Source of the DNA: Patescibacteria group bacterium
GTDB taxonomy: Bacteria > Patescibacteriota > Patescibacteriia > Patescibacteriales > UBA12465
Direction: 5' to 3'
Assembly (NCBI GenBank): GCA_041651195.1
Contig: JBAZJR010000006.1
Coordinates: 1 to 62,768, forward strand
Length of the DNA stretch: 62,768 bases
The translations under genes and the position numbers were made by a program. This document shows, in pieces, positions 55,180 to 62,768 of the stretch. Each line of letters opens with the position of its first letter. The first letter of the stretch is position 1. The notes under the pieces are model-generated. The model saw nothing but the letters and a program-made list of their open reading frames with translations. It made no database searches and was not told where the DNA came from.

Positions 55180-55977
55180 TTATTTGATATTATAAGTCAC
55201 GCCGATTTCAATAACTACTTCCCGATCGCCGGACGGCGTGCTCGGCGAGACCGCGGCCGCGGCGCCGAGTCCTCCCTTGCCATAATCCGCGGCGCCGTAG
55301 ACCGGTAGCGGCGAAACCAAATTTTCATACCAACCGGTGATCTCCTTGAGCTCGACGCCGGCAGTATCTGCTAAAGCGACGCTCTTCCATTTAGCGTCTT
55401 CGATCGCCCGGATGCGCGCCTGCTGCTTCAAGTCGTTCATATTAGCGGCGTCGAAACTCAGATTATTGATCTGATTGGCGCCGGCCCGAGAGGCGGCAGC
55501 GATCACTTTGCTTAATTGGTCCGGCGCCTGATCATAGCCCGTTACTTTAATTACGAGCTGCTGATTGGCGTTATAGCCGGAAACCGTAGAAATATTATCT
55601 TTGTAATCGTACTGCGGATACAATGAATAATTCTGAGTCTGGATATTTTCCGGAGCGATGCCGGCGGCCTTAACCTCTTTGATGATACTAGCGACCTTGG
55701 CGTTCAACTGGTCCAAAGCTTCTTCCGGCTTAGCGACCTTGTCGATCTGGACGCCGAGAGTGACGATCGCGATATCCGGCGCGTAAACGATCCGGCCCTG
55801 GCCGGTCACTGTCACCATCCTCATCTGCGGATTGACGATCCGGTCGCGCAAGATAGCGACCGTGATGATGCCAGCCAAAAGGATCAAACCGACGATGATG
55901 ATCGCGGTCCGACCATGGCCTTTACCGCAACAAGATTTCAGCTCGTCGCAGCAATTATTCTTTTTTTCTTCTGACAT
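55180..55977 (-). CDS. SIMPL (DUF541) domain protein with N-terminal membrane anchor
   Basis: 265 aa. Cys-rich cytoplasmic tip (NNCCDELKSCCGKGHG), one TM helix, then the SIMPL core (VTVTGQGRIVYAPDIAIVTLGVQ ... REVVIEIGVTYNIK). 25-nt gap to the ATP-grasp gene. Confidence 0.75.
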   Translation of the reverse strand: MSEEKKNNCCDELKSCCGKGHGRTAIIIVGLILLAGIITVAILRDRIVNPQMRMVTVTGQGRIVYAPDIAIVTLGVQIDKVAKPEEALDQLNAKVASIIKEVKAAGIAPENIQTQNYSLYPQYDYKDNISTVSGYNANQQLVIKVTGYDQAPDQLSKVIAAASRAGANQINNLSFDAANMNDLKQQARIRAIEDAKWKSVALADTAGVELKEITGWYENLVSPLPVYGAADYGKGGLGAAAAVSPSTPSGDREVVIEIGVTYNIK

Positions 55978-56006
55978 AAAAATATAATTATTTATTAATT
56001 GTTTAC

Positions 56007-56015
56007 ATTATAGCA
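56007..56015 (-). promoter_or_regulatory. extended -10 element TGCTATAAT
   Basis: Plus strand reads attatagca. 29 nt upstream of the SIMPL ATG. It is the only promoter-like element seen for the 55977->50453 gene string. Confidence 0.5.
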
Positions 56016-56059
56016 CCTTATTAAAAAACTACAATAAAATCCACTGAAAAACGCCTAGA

Positions 56060-56788
56060 TCAACGCGCCAGATAGCGCTCTCTCGTCCGTGGCTCAAGGC
56101 GCTCGATAGCATAGCGCAAAGCGGTCCGCGGCATCGCGCGATAATGTCGGTCCAGGAATCTTTTCAATTCGGCTTCGCTCACCCGCTTGCCCGTTTCTCT
56201 CAGCATCCAGCCGACCGCTTTATGGATCAGATCCTCTTTATCTTTCAGCAGTTTTTTGGCGATCCAGAAAGTTTCAGCACTCCGGCCGGCTTTGATAAAG
56301 GCGTAGGTCGCGACCATCGCCATGCGCCGCTCCCAAAGATTCCGAGAAGCCGCCAGGCGATCCAGTCGCCCGGTTTCCCCGGTCAGGCACAAAAAATCGC
56401 CCAAGATCTTATAGACCGAAAGGTCGACCAGATCCCAATTATTGATCCGGTTCGTATTCCTCAGATAGAAGTCGACGATCGATTTCTTGTCTTCTCGCTC
56501 TTTAGCCCCCTCGTACTGGAAAACCATGATCAATAAAGCGACCAGGCGGAATTCGTGGAATTTGCTGTTTAAGAGGCTTTGCAGGGCTGGACGGTCCAAA
56601 TCAGCATACTGTTTGGCAATTTGGCGCTGGAGCGGCACCGTGAGGCCTAAAAACACGTCTCCGGCGCCATATTGGCCGGGGGCCGTCTTGAAAAAACGCT
56701 GCAAGATAGAGCTGCGCGAGCGGCTGGCCTTACTCTTTAATTCGGTGCTAATCAGATCGATCGGGCTGATCTTTTTCTTGGAAGGCAT
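56060..56788 (-). CDS. DNA alkylation repair protein (AlkD/AlkC-like HEAT-repeat glycosylase family)
   Basis: 242 aa. RFFKTAPGQYGAGDVFLGL, INNWDLVD, NLWERRMAMV, HKAVGWMLRE. Confidence 0.8.
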   Translation of the reverse strand: MPSKKKISPIDLISTELKSKASRSRSSILQRFFKTAPGQYGAGDVFLGLTVPLQRQIAKQYADLDRPALQSLLNSKFHEFRLVALLIMVFQYEGAKEREDKKSIVDFYLRNTNRINNWDLVDLSVYKILGDFLCLTGETGRLDRLAASRNLWERRMAMVATYAFIKAGRSAETFWIAKKLLKDKEDLIHKAVGWMLRETGKRVSEAELKRFLDRHYRAMPRTALRYAIERLEPRTRERYLAR

Positions 56789-56796
56789 AAACGGAT

Positions 56797-57267
56797 CTAA
56801 TAATGATAAATCTTCTTATTGATTATCGTCGTGGCCCGATAGATCTGCTCCGCTAAAACGACACGGGCGAGCTCGTGCGGAAAAGTCAGGGGCGACAAGG
56901 AAATCTGCGGATATTGGGCGTAGAGGCGATCACTGAAACCTAAAGCGCCGCCGACTATCAAGATCAGGGGCTGCTTCTTGTTTAAGAAGGCGGCAAATTC
57001 CGGCGAACTAAAATTTTGTCCCCGTTCAGCCAGAAGGTAAACCGCGGCCGGACTCTGTTTCCGCTCCATCTTCAATAAAAAATTTTCAATGGTTTCCGCT
57101 TCAAAATTTTTTGCCTGTACCTGATTATTCCCAGCGAAAGGCACGCTCGGCAGCTCCACAACTTTCAAGCGGGCGTAAGGACGCAAGCGTTTCAGGTAAT
57201 CGGAAAAAAGCGCCTGATATTGGCGATCTTTAAGCTGGCCGATGGCCAGGATAGTGATATCTAACAT
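56797..57267 (-). CDS. rlmH: 23S rRNA (pseudouridine1915-N3)-methyltransferase RlmH
   Basis: 156 aa. SPOUT fold signature LILIVGGALGFS ... SLSPLTFPHELARVVLAEQIYRA. Confidence 0.9.
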   Translation of the reverse strand: MLDITILAIGQLKDRQYQALFSDYLKRLRPYARLKVVELPSVPFAGNNQVQAKNFEAETIENFLLKMERKQSPAAVYLLAERGQNFSSPEFAAFLNKKQPLILIVGGALGFSDRLYAQYPQISLSPLTFPHELARVVLAEQIYRATTIINKKIYHY

Positions 57268-57273
57268 TTTTAT

Positions 57274-57282
57274 ATTATAGCA
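57274..57282 (-). promoter_or_regulatory. extended -10 element TGCTATAAT only 6 nt upstream of the rlmH ATG (leaderless-type geometry)
   Basis: Plus strand reads attatagca at 57274-57282. The ATG occupies 57265-57267. Confidence 0.45.
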
Positions 57283-57446
57283 TATTTCCGCAATAATGAC
57301 GGTATTTTATTGCCCGCAAGAACTACCTGATTCGCACCTGATACGCCAATTGACAGAAACTGAAAATTTATGATATTCTTCCCTATTACGCTTAGTCCTT
57401 TGCAAATTTAATAAAATAAATAATCAACTGCTAAACTGGAGGAAAA

Positions 57447-58319
57447 ATGAAAAGGAAGGCCTTCCTGCTCATCGCTATTTTCTGCTTAGCCTTCTTAGGC
57501 CTAAATAAGGCCCAAGAAACAGCAAGCGATACCAGCTGGATCCTGAACGAAAGATCCGGCTTACTAGAAAAAATAATAACTACCGTCACTAAGACGGAAC
57601 AAGCAGCCGATCAGATAGGCTTCAAGGGGGTGGACCCCGATTACTTCTCGCGGGAGAAATTAGACAGCTTGATCAAGAACGGACGCGTCAACGGCTATCC
57701 AAAATTCACTAGCGGATTCTATCCAACCAGCCTCTGCCCGATACTAAAGCGGGAAGTCAATCGCAATAAAGTCTATGAGATAAAAGACGGCTTTATCCAA
57801 GAAGTAAAAAGACCGCTCTTAATCTCCGAGCCGAAGATGAATATCCTAGACTCTATCGCTTTTTTGGCCGGACCGGTTATATGCTTAGTCTGGCTGGCGA
57901 TCGCCCTGTCTAAAAGAAAGCACGGCTGCCGCAAGATGATGATCTTTCTCGGTGAAACGACATTAGCCTTGCTACTCGTTGCGCTGATATCATATCTAAC
58001 CTGCTCAATATTAGGCTTAATAGTAGGAACAATAGGTGTCGGCTTCCTGGGGACTTTTTTTGGACCGCCGCCGGAAAGCAAAAATGACGCCTATCCTATC
58101 TTAGGCGGAATAATCGGCGCCCTAACCGCGCTATTTGTCTCGCAAGCCGCGGGCACTTTCGGCGAAACCGGCCAAACGCTGGACGATCCGGCGTTTACGA
58201 TTGTCTGGGAATATATCTTCTACTACGGCCTGGCTGGATTGCTGGCTTTTATGTTAGAAGAGTTGCTCCGGAAAATCAATAAAAAAAATGTTCTAAAAAT
58301 ATCGGAGGTAGCTGAATGA
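57447..58319 (+). CDS. hypothetical membrane protein
   Basis: 290 aa. GGAGG SD 5 nt upstream. Signal peptide, ~130-aa soluble part, then about 4 TM helices. No family recognised. Confidence 0.55.
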   Translation: MKRKAFLLIAIFCLAFLGLNKAQETASDTSWILNERSGLLEKIITTVTKTEQAADQIGFKGVDPDYFSREKLDSLIKNGRVNGYPKFTSGFYPTSLCPILKREVNRNKVYEIKDGFIQEVKRPLLISEPKMNILDSIAFLAGPVICLVWLAIALSKRKHGCRKMMIFLGETTLALLLVALISYLTCSILGLIVGTIGVGFLGTFFGPPPESKNDAYPILGGIIGALTALFVSQAAGTFGETGQTLDDPAFTIVWEYIFYYGLAGLLAFMLEELLRKINKKNVLKISEVAE

Positions 58320-59074
58320 AAAAGATAATTTTATTCTGCCTGGCGCTCGCCATACCGCTGGCGGCGCAGCTGGAAAAGGAAAATCTTGGAAAGAAAGATA
58401 CCGTAATCGTCATCGGAGAATTAGTCGGCGTAGATTTTCCCGTCTTCTTTAACTGGGAAATTACCGATAATATCAAATACCATCACGCGGACGGGCAATC
58501 AATAGCGAGCCGGGAAAAGATCGCCTACCGCGCCGGCGGCGAATACCACAATAGTATTTTCGCCTATAGCCTGATTGCCTTAGCTATATACTGGATCTTG
58601 CGCCGTCTTGATAATAAGAGAAAAACTCACGCCGTAATTATCCTGCTTATCAACTCCCTGGTCACGATCTCCGTTTCCATGCTTATGGTTTACGGCCTCA
58701 ATTGGCTGTTCGCCCCTAAGACCTACGATATCGTCGCCGTCGGATTTTCCAGTGTCTTCGTCGGCATCTTCGCGGCGATCGGCATTATCATCGCGATTGC
58801 CCTGTCCGATGATGACAGTATCGATTTGACGGGGTGTTTATTAATTTTCCTGCTCAGCCTGACGCTCAACATCGGCGCGGGCAAAACCGTTGGTATGGGC
58901 TACGGTCTGTTCAGCCAGCAAGCTGAAGCGCTCTGGGCTTTCCTCGGACTATACCTGGGGGCCGGATCATTAGCTTTGGCGGTGAGGATGATAATAATAT
59001 CATTTCGCAAATTTAATGAGCCCATCGTCATCGAAATGGGTAATGATCCCGATATTACTAAAATTGTCGGGTAA
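58316..59074 (+). CDS. hypothetical membrane protein
   Basis: 252 aa. ATGA overlap with the preceding gene. Signal peptide, short soluble part, then about 5 TM helices. No family recognised. Confidence 0.55.
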   Translation: MKKIILFCLALAIPLAAQLEKENLGKKDTVIVIGELVGVDFPVFFNWEITDNIKYHHADGQSIASREKIAYRAGGEYHNSIFAYSLIALAIYWILRRLDNKRKTHAVIILLINSLVTISVSMLMVYGLNWLFAPKTYDIVAVGFSSVFVGIFAAIGIIIAIALSDDDSIDLTGCLLIFLLSLTLNIGAGKTVGMGYGLFSQQAEALWAFLGLYLGAGSLALAVRMIIISFRKFNEPIVIEMGNDPDITKIVG

Positions 59075-59107
59075 GAAATTGCCAGATGATAAAAAAATCT
59101 AAAACCC

Positions 59108-59136
59108 AAAAGCGCTTGCTAAACAAGCGCTTTTTT
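59108..59136. terminator. bidirectional terminator
   Basis: AAAAGCGCTTG-CTAAA-CAAGCGCTTTTTT. Confidence 0.8.
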
Positions 59137-59160
59137 AATAAATACAATTTAATAATCAGC

Positions 59161-60072
59161 CTACCAGGATCCGCTGCTCCCGCCGCCACCCGACCCGCCG
59201 CCGCCGAAGCCGCCGAAGCCGCCGCCGGAGGAGCCGCCGCCGAAGCCGCCAGGACCGCCGCCGAAAAACCAAAAATTATGGCCGCGCCGCGCGCTTAATG
59301 CTTTCGGCTTAGGCAGGACGCGAGAAACCAAAAAATCAAAGAATAGCCCGAAGCCGCTTAAAACTAGGGGTAGGGCAATAAGCAGGACTAAGGTCCTAAA
59401 AAAGATCAGGGCGATCAGGAGCCCAAGCACAAGGCCGATCACGCCGCCCTCCCACCAATGCCGGCTCTTAGCCAGATGGCGCCAGAGAGCGGCGATCAGG
59501 TTAAGCAGGATGAAGCCCAGAAAAAATACCAGTTCGAAATTCAGTTTACCAAAATTTAAATCAGCATCGGAAGCGGCTTCAGGCTGATATTCGCCCTGGG
59601 TCGCGGCCATCATCTGGTCAGTCGCCTCATCTATCCCCCGATAATAATCGCCGGCCTGGAAAGCCGGACGCAAAGTCTTGGTCACGATCTGGTAAGCGGT
59701 CGCATCCGGCATCGCGCCTTCCAGACCATAGCCGACTTCGATCCGCATCTTCCGGTCGTCTAAAGCGACTAGGAGCAAGAGACCGTTATCTTTCTTGGCT
59801 TTGCCGATCTGCCAATCAAGGAAAAGCTTTTCCGCGAAATTTTCGATGGTATCGCCATCCAGGCTCTTGATCGCGACCACGGCGATCTCATTGCTAGAAG
59901 CGGCGCTAAACTCTGTCAATTTATTTTCCAAGGCGCTTTCCTGCGCCGCGCTCAGAATCCCGGCGTAATCATTAACAAAGCCGCTCGGCTGACCCGGGAG
60001 ATTATAAGCCCGGGCCGCCGGAGCGGCTAATAATAGGAGACAAATAAAAATAAAAAAGTAATGGCGCCGCAT
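59161..60072 (-). CDS. TPM-domain (YgcG-like) protein with TM segments and a Gly-rich tail
   Basis: 303 aa. Signal peptide and TPM core (VNDYAGILS...EIAVVAIKSLDG...GLLLLVALDDRKMRIEVGYGLEG). C-terminal GGGxGGFGGG run. Confidence 0.8.
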   Translation of the reverse strand: MRRHYFFIFICLLLLAAPAARAYNLPGQPSGFVNDYAGILSAAQESALENKLTEFSAASSNEIAVVAIKSLDGDTIENFAEKLFLDWQIGKAKKDNGLLLLVALDDRKMRIEVGYGLEGAMPDATAYQIVTKTLRPAFQAGDYYRGIDEATDQMMAATQGEYQPEAASDADLNFGKLNFELVFFLGFILLNLIAALWRHLAKSRHWWEGGVIGLVLGLLIALIFFRTLVLLIALPLVLSGFGLFFDFLVSRVLPKPKALSARRGHNFWFFGGGPGGFGGGSSGGGFGGFGGGGSGGGGSSGSW

Positions 60073-60088
60073 GTCCGGATGGGTATTA

Positions 60089-60664
60089 TTAGTTGATCTG
60101 CAAGTCGACAGTCGGGGCGCTAGCCGCAGCTTCTGTCACCTCGAAATAAGTCTTCTCCGAGAAGCCATACATGCCAGCTAAAAGATTCAACGGCAAACGC
60201 TTGATCATGATATTGAAATTCCTGACCTCTTCGTTGAAACGGCCGCGTTCGACGCTCACCCGATTTTCCGTGCCTTCAAGCTGAGCCATCAAGGTTTGGA
60301 CGGTATCTATCGACTTAAGCTGAGGATAGGCTTCCATGATGACCAATAAACGGCCTAAAGCGCTCTCGACCTGAGAGGCGGCGGCCGCCTTGTCATTAAC
60401 GTTCTGCGCGCCGCTATAATTCGCGCGCGCTTGGGCTAAATCGCCGAAAACTTGCTGTTCCTGTTCCATCGCTCCCTTGACCGAAGCGACCAGATTAGGG
60501 ATAAGGTCAAAGCGCCGTTGATACTGCTGTTCTACTTGCGCCCATTGGCCATCGACGACCTCATTCGCCGTCACGAGCCGGTTATAAGAAGTCCAAAACC
60601 AAGCGCCGACTATCACCGCGATGACGATGATGGCGCCGATGATTATCCAAAGTGTTTTTTTCAT
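60089..60664 (-). CDS. LemA family protein
   Basis: 191 aa. N-terminal TM helix, then YNRLV..W.QVE.QYQRR.DLIPNLV and ENR....R..FN. motifs. Confidence 0.85.
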   Translation of the reverse strand: MKKTLWIIIGAIIVIAVIVGAWFWTSYNRLVTANEVVDGQWAQVEQQYQRRFDLIPNLVASVKGAMEQEQQVFGDLAQARANYSGAQNVNDKAAAASQVESALGRLLVIMEAYPQLKSIDTVQTLMAQLEGTENRVSVERGRFNEEVRNFNIMIKRLPLNLLAGMYGFSEKTYFEVTEAAASAPTVDLQIN

Positions 60665-60719
60665 ATTTTTATAAAATTATTATAAGGACATCATAACATA
60701 AAAACCGCCATCCTCCAAG

Positions 60720-62504
60720 CTAACGTTTGGCGCGGACGCGCTCGTTTTCCGTCAGATACTGCTTGCGCAAACGGATGCTCTGCGGCGTGATTTCTAGATA
60801 CTCGTCGTCATTCATGATGCTCAAGGCCGTCTCTAAGCTTAATTCTAAGGGCGGCGTCAGGATGATCGCCTCATCCGTGCCGGAAGCGCGGACATTGGTA
60901 AGTTGCTTCCCTTTGATCGGATTGACCGTCATATCGCTCCCCTTGGCGACGTTGCCGATAACCATGCCCTCATAAACTTCGACATTGGGCTTGATATACA
61001 AGACGCCGCGATCCTGGAGATTCCATAATGAAAAAGCTAAGGCTTTGCCCGTGATCATAGAAACCATCGAGCCTAATTTATTCCGTTCGATCTCTCCGGC
61101 GAAGGGCTTGAAGCCGGCGAAATGCGTACAGAGTATCCCTTCGCCGCGCGTATCCACGACGAATTCATTGCGATAGCCTAAGAGACCGCGCGTCGGAATC
61201 TCGAAGATCAGGCGCGACTGTCCGTTATGCGTCCGCAGATCTTGCAAGAGACCGCGCCGCTTGGAAATCTTTTCCATCACAACGCCAGTCATCGCTTCCG
61301 GGATATCTATGGTCACTTCTTCAAAAGGTTCTAATTTCTGGCCGTTTTCTTCCTTGATGATCACCTGCGGCTGAGAGACCTGGAGCTCATAGCCTTCCCG
61401 GCGCAAATTTTCCAATAAGATGGCGATATGCAGCTCACCGCGGCCAAAAACCTTATAGGAAGCGGCGTCGGAAAAATCGATCTTCAGGCCGACATTGACT
61501 TCCAGCTCTTTCTGCAAGCGCTCGCCGATCTGCCGGTTCGTCACGAACTTTCCTTCCCGGCCCGCAAAGGGCGAATTATTAACCAGGAAATTCAAAGAGA
61601 TCGTCGGCTCATCGATCTTGATCGCCGGCAGCGGCGCCTGTTCCGGCGCTTCCGCGATAGTCTCGCCGATATAGATATCCGCCAAGCCCGCGACCATTAC
61701 GATATCGCCGGCCGCGGCCTCCGCGATCTCTTCCCGCTTCACGCCTTTAAAAGTAAAGAGCTTAGTCGTCTTCCGTTGCCGCGTTTCGCCGTCCAGATTT
61801 TCGATATAAACGGTGCTGGAGGCTTTGATCTTCCCTTCGTAGACACGGCAGATCGCCAAGCGTCCTAAAAAATTATCGTAAGCGAGATTAAAGGGTTGGG
61901 CTGATAGCTGCTTACTTTCAGCCTCCGGGCTGGAGGCGGCCGGCACGTGTTCTAAGATCAGGTCTAAGAGCGGATCCAGATTAACCGACTCATCGGTTAA
62001 ATTTTTCTTAGCGATGCCCTGTTTAGAAGCGGCGTAGATCACGGGGAAATCAAGCTGTTCGTCGTTCGCGCCCAGGTCCAAAAATAATTCATAGACCATC
62101 TCGCTTACCGCTTCCGGCCGCGCGGCCGGCTTATCGATCTTATTGATCACGACGATCGGCTTCAGTCCGAGCTCCAAAGATTTCTTAAGCACGAACTTGG
62201 TCTGTGGCATGGGTCCCTCCTGCGCATCGACGAGCAATAAGACGCAATCGATCGAACGCAGAATCCGTTCCACTTCGGAACTGAAGTCGGCGTGGCCGGG
62301 CGTGTCCACGATATTGATCTTAGTATCGCGATAAAAGACCGAAGTATTCTTGGAATAGATCGTGATCCCCCGCTCTTTTTCCAGGTCGTTGGAGTCCATG
62401 CTCACCGTCTCATCGGTCATGCCGGTCTGGCGCATCAAGGCGTCGGTCAGAGTCGTTTTGCCGTGATCGACATGGGCGATAATAGCGATATTCCTGATTT
62501 CCAT
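60720..62504 (-). CDS. typA: translational GTPase TypA/BipA
   Basis: 594 aa. IRNIAIIAHVDHGKTTL, DTPGHADF, NKID. EF-G-like domains without domain IV. Confidence 0.9.
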   Translation of the reverse strand: MEIRNIAIIAHVDHGKTTLTDALMRQTGMTDETVSMDSNDLEKERGITIYSKNTSVFYRDTKINIVDTPGHADFSSEVERILRSIDCVLLLVDAQEGPMPQTKFVLKKSLELGLKPIVVINKIDKPAARPEAVSEMVYELFLDLGANDEQLDFPVIYAASKQGIAKKNLTDESVNLDPLLDLILEHVPAASSPEAESKQLSAQPFNLAYDNFLGRLAICRVYEGKIKASSTVYIENLDGETRQRKTTKLFTFKGVKREEIAEAAAGDIVMVAGLADIYIGETIAEAPEQAPLPAIKIDEPTISLNFLVNNSPFAGREGKFVTNRQIGERLQKELEVNVGLKIDFSDAASYKVFGRGELHIAILLENLRREGYELQVSQPQVIIKEENGQKLEPFEEVTIDIPEAMTGVVMEKISKRRGLLQDLRTHNGQSRLIFEIPTRGLLGYRNEFVVDTRGEGILCTHFAGFKPFAGEIERNKLGSMVSMITGKALAFSLWNLQDRGVLYIKPNVEVYEGMVIGNVAKGSDMTVNPIKGKQLTNVRASGTDEAIILTPPLELSLETALSIMNDDEYLEITPQSIRLRKQYLTENERVRAKR

Positions 62505-62649
62505 AGATTAAATAAGTTTAAAAATTTATATTTTCGGATGCGGGCGGAAATAAAAAAATTACGCATTTTGACGTAATTTTTGATTAAGTCTTTCTTATCA
62601 TAACTGTTTTTTTAATAATAGTCAATACAAAGACTAAAATTAAATAAAC

Positions 62650-62675
62650 TACCACCGGCAAAATAGCCGGTGGTA
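62650..62675 (-). terminator. hairpin after a partial gene at the window edge
   Basis: TACCACCGGC-N6-GCCGGTGGTA, followed on the minus strand by a T-rich run. Confidence 0.5.
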
Positions 62676-62676
62676 T

Positions 62677-62768
62677 TTATTCTGCCCACTCTGTGGGCGT
62701 CATAGCGGAAGTTGGGGAACATTCACCTGATGATGCTCCTGATGCTGGACATAGTTTCTGATTGTCAT
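62677..62768 (-). CDS. 3' end of a minus-strand ORF running off the window (frame ambiguous)
   Basis: Two minus-strand frames are open to the window edge, with stops at 62677-62679 and 62700-62702. The first stop abuts the hairpin. Confidence 0.25.
   Translation of the reverse strand, partial: DNQKLCPASGASSGECSPTSAMTPTEWAE

Noticed and set aside
59086-59298. 70-aa plus-strand ORF rich in Ala/Pro
   Set aside because: It is the antisense reading of the Gly-rich tail codons of the TPM-domain gene and is therefore an artefact.

Overview
This 62.8-kb chromosomal segment looks like a small-genome, monoderm bacterium of the CPR/Patescibacteria (Parcubacteria-like) type. That lineage call is my inference from gene content and protein style, not from a search. 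The standard code applies: long ORFs are intact and TGA acts as stop in ATGA overlaps. There are about 53 protein genes, most on the minus strand. They are tightly packed, with several 4-nt overlaps and clear hairpin plus T-run terminators. Housekeeping genes are lysS, greA, rpmE, prfA-prmC, rplY/ctc, ftsW/rodA, a class I aldolase, dnaE, parB-parA, mnmA, hup, rlmH and typA. RNA genes are tRNA-Gln(CTG), tRNA-Leu(CAA) and RNase P RNA. Envelope content: (1) a glycan cluster with a Wzy_C-like protein, DUF192, GT2, GT4 and a flippase; (2) a second cluster with a WbaP-like initiating transferase and two GT4 genes; (3) a Wzy_C-TPR protein; (4) a 1157-aa S-layer-like protein behind a 475-nt leader; (5) a 1293-aa papain-like/LTD/LTD/LamG/LamG surface giant. 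The most unusual locus is one apparent transcription unit (55977->50453) encoding a SIMPL protein, an 822-aa fusion of two ATP-grasp ligase modules, a CelD/FemAB-like GNAT and two paralogous SET-domain methyltransferases, ending directly upstream of the HU gene. I do not recognise this as a described system. Other items worth a second look: an orphan Upf1-like SF1 helicase with an unassigned 330-aa N-terminus; an AT-rich block next to tRNA-Gln with a duplicated tRNA 3' end; a small HTH gene preceded by three copies of a TTAAGTCTA/TAGACTTAA palindrome; a gene carrying near-perfect 27-bp and 39-bp in-frame tandem repeats; and a recurrent TGCTATAAT extended -10 motif. Coordinates of small hand-mapped sites may be off by 1-2 nt.
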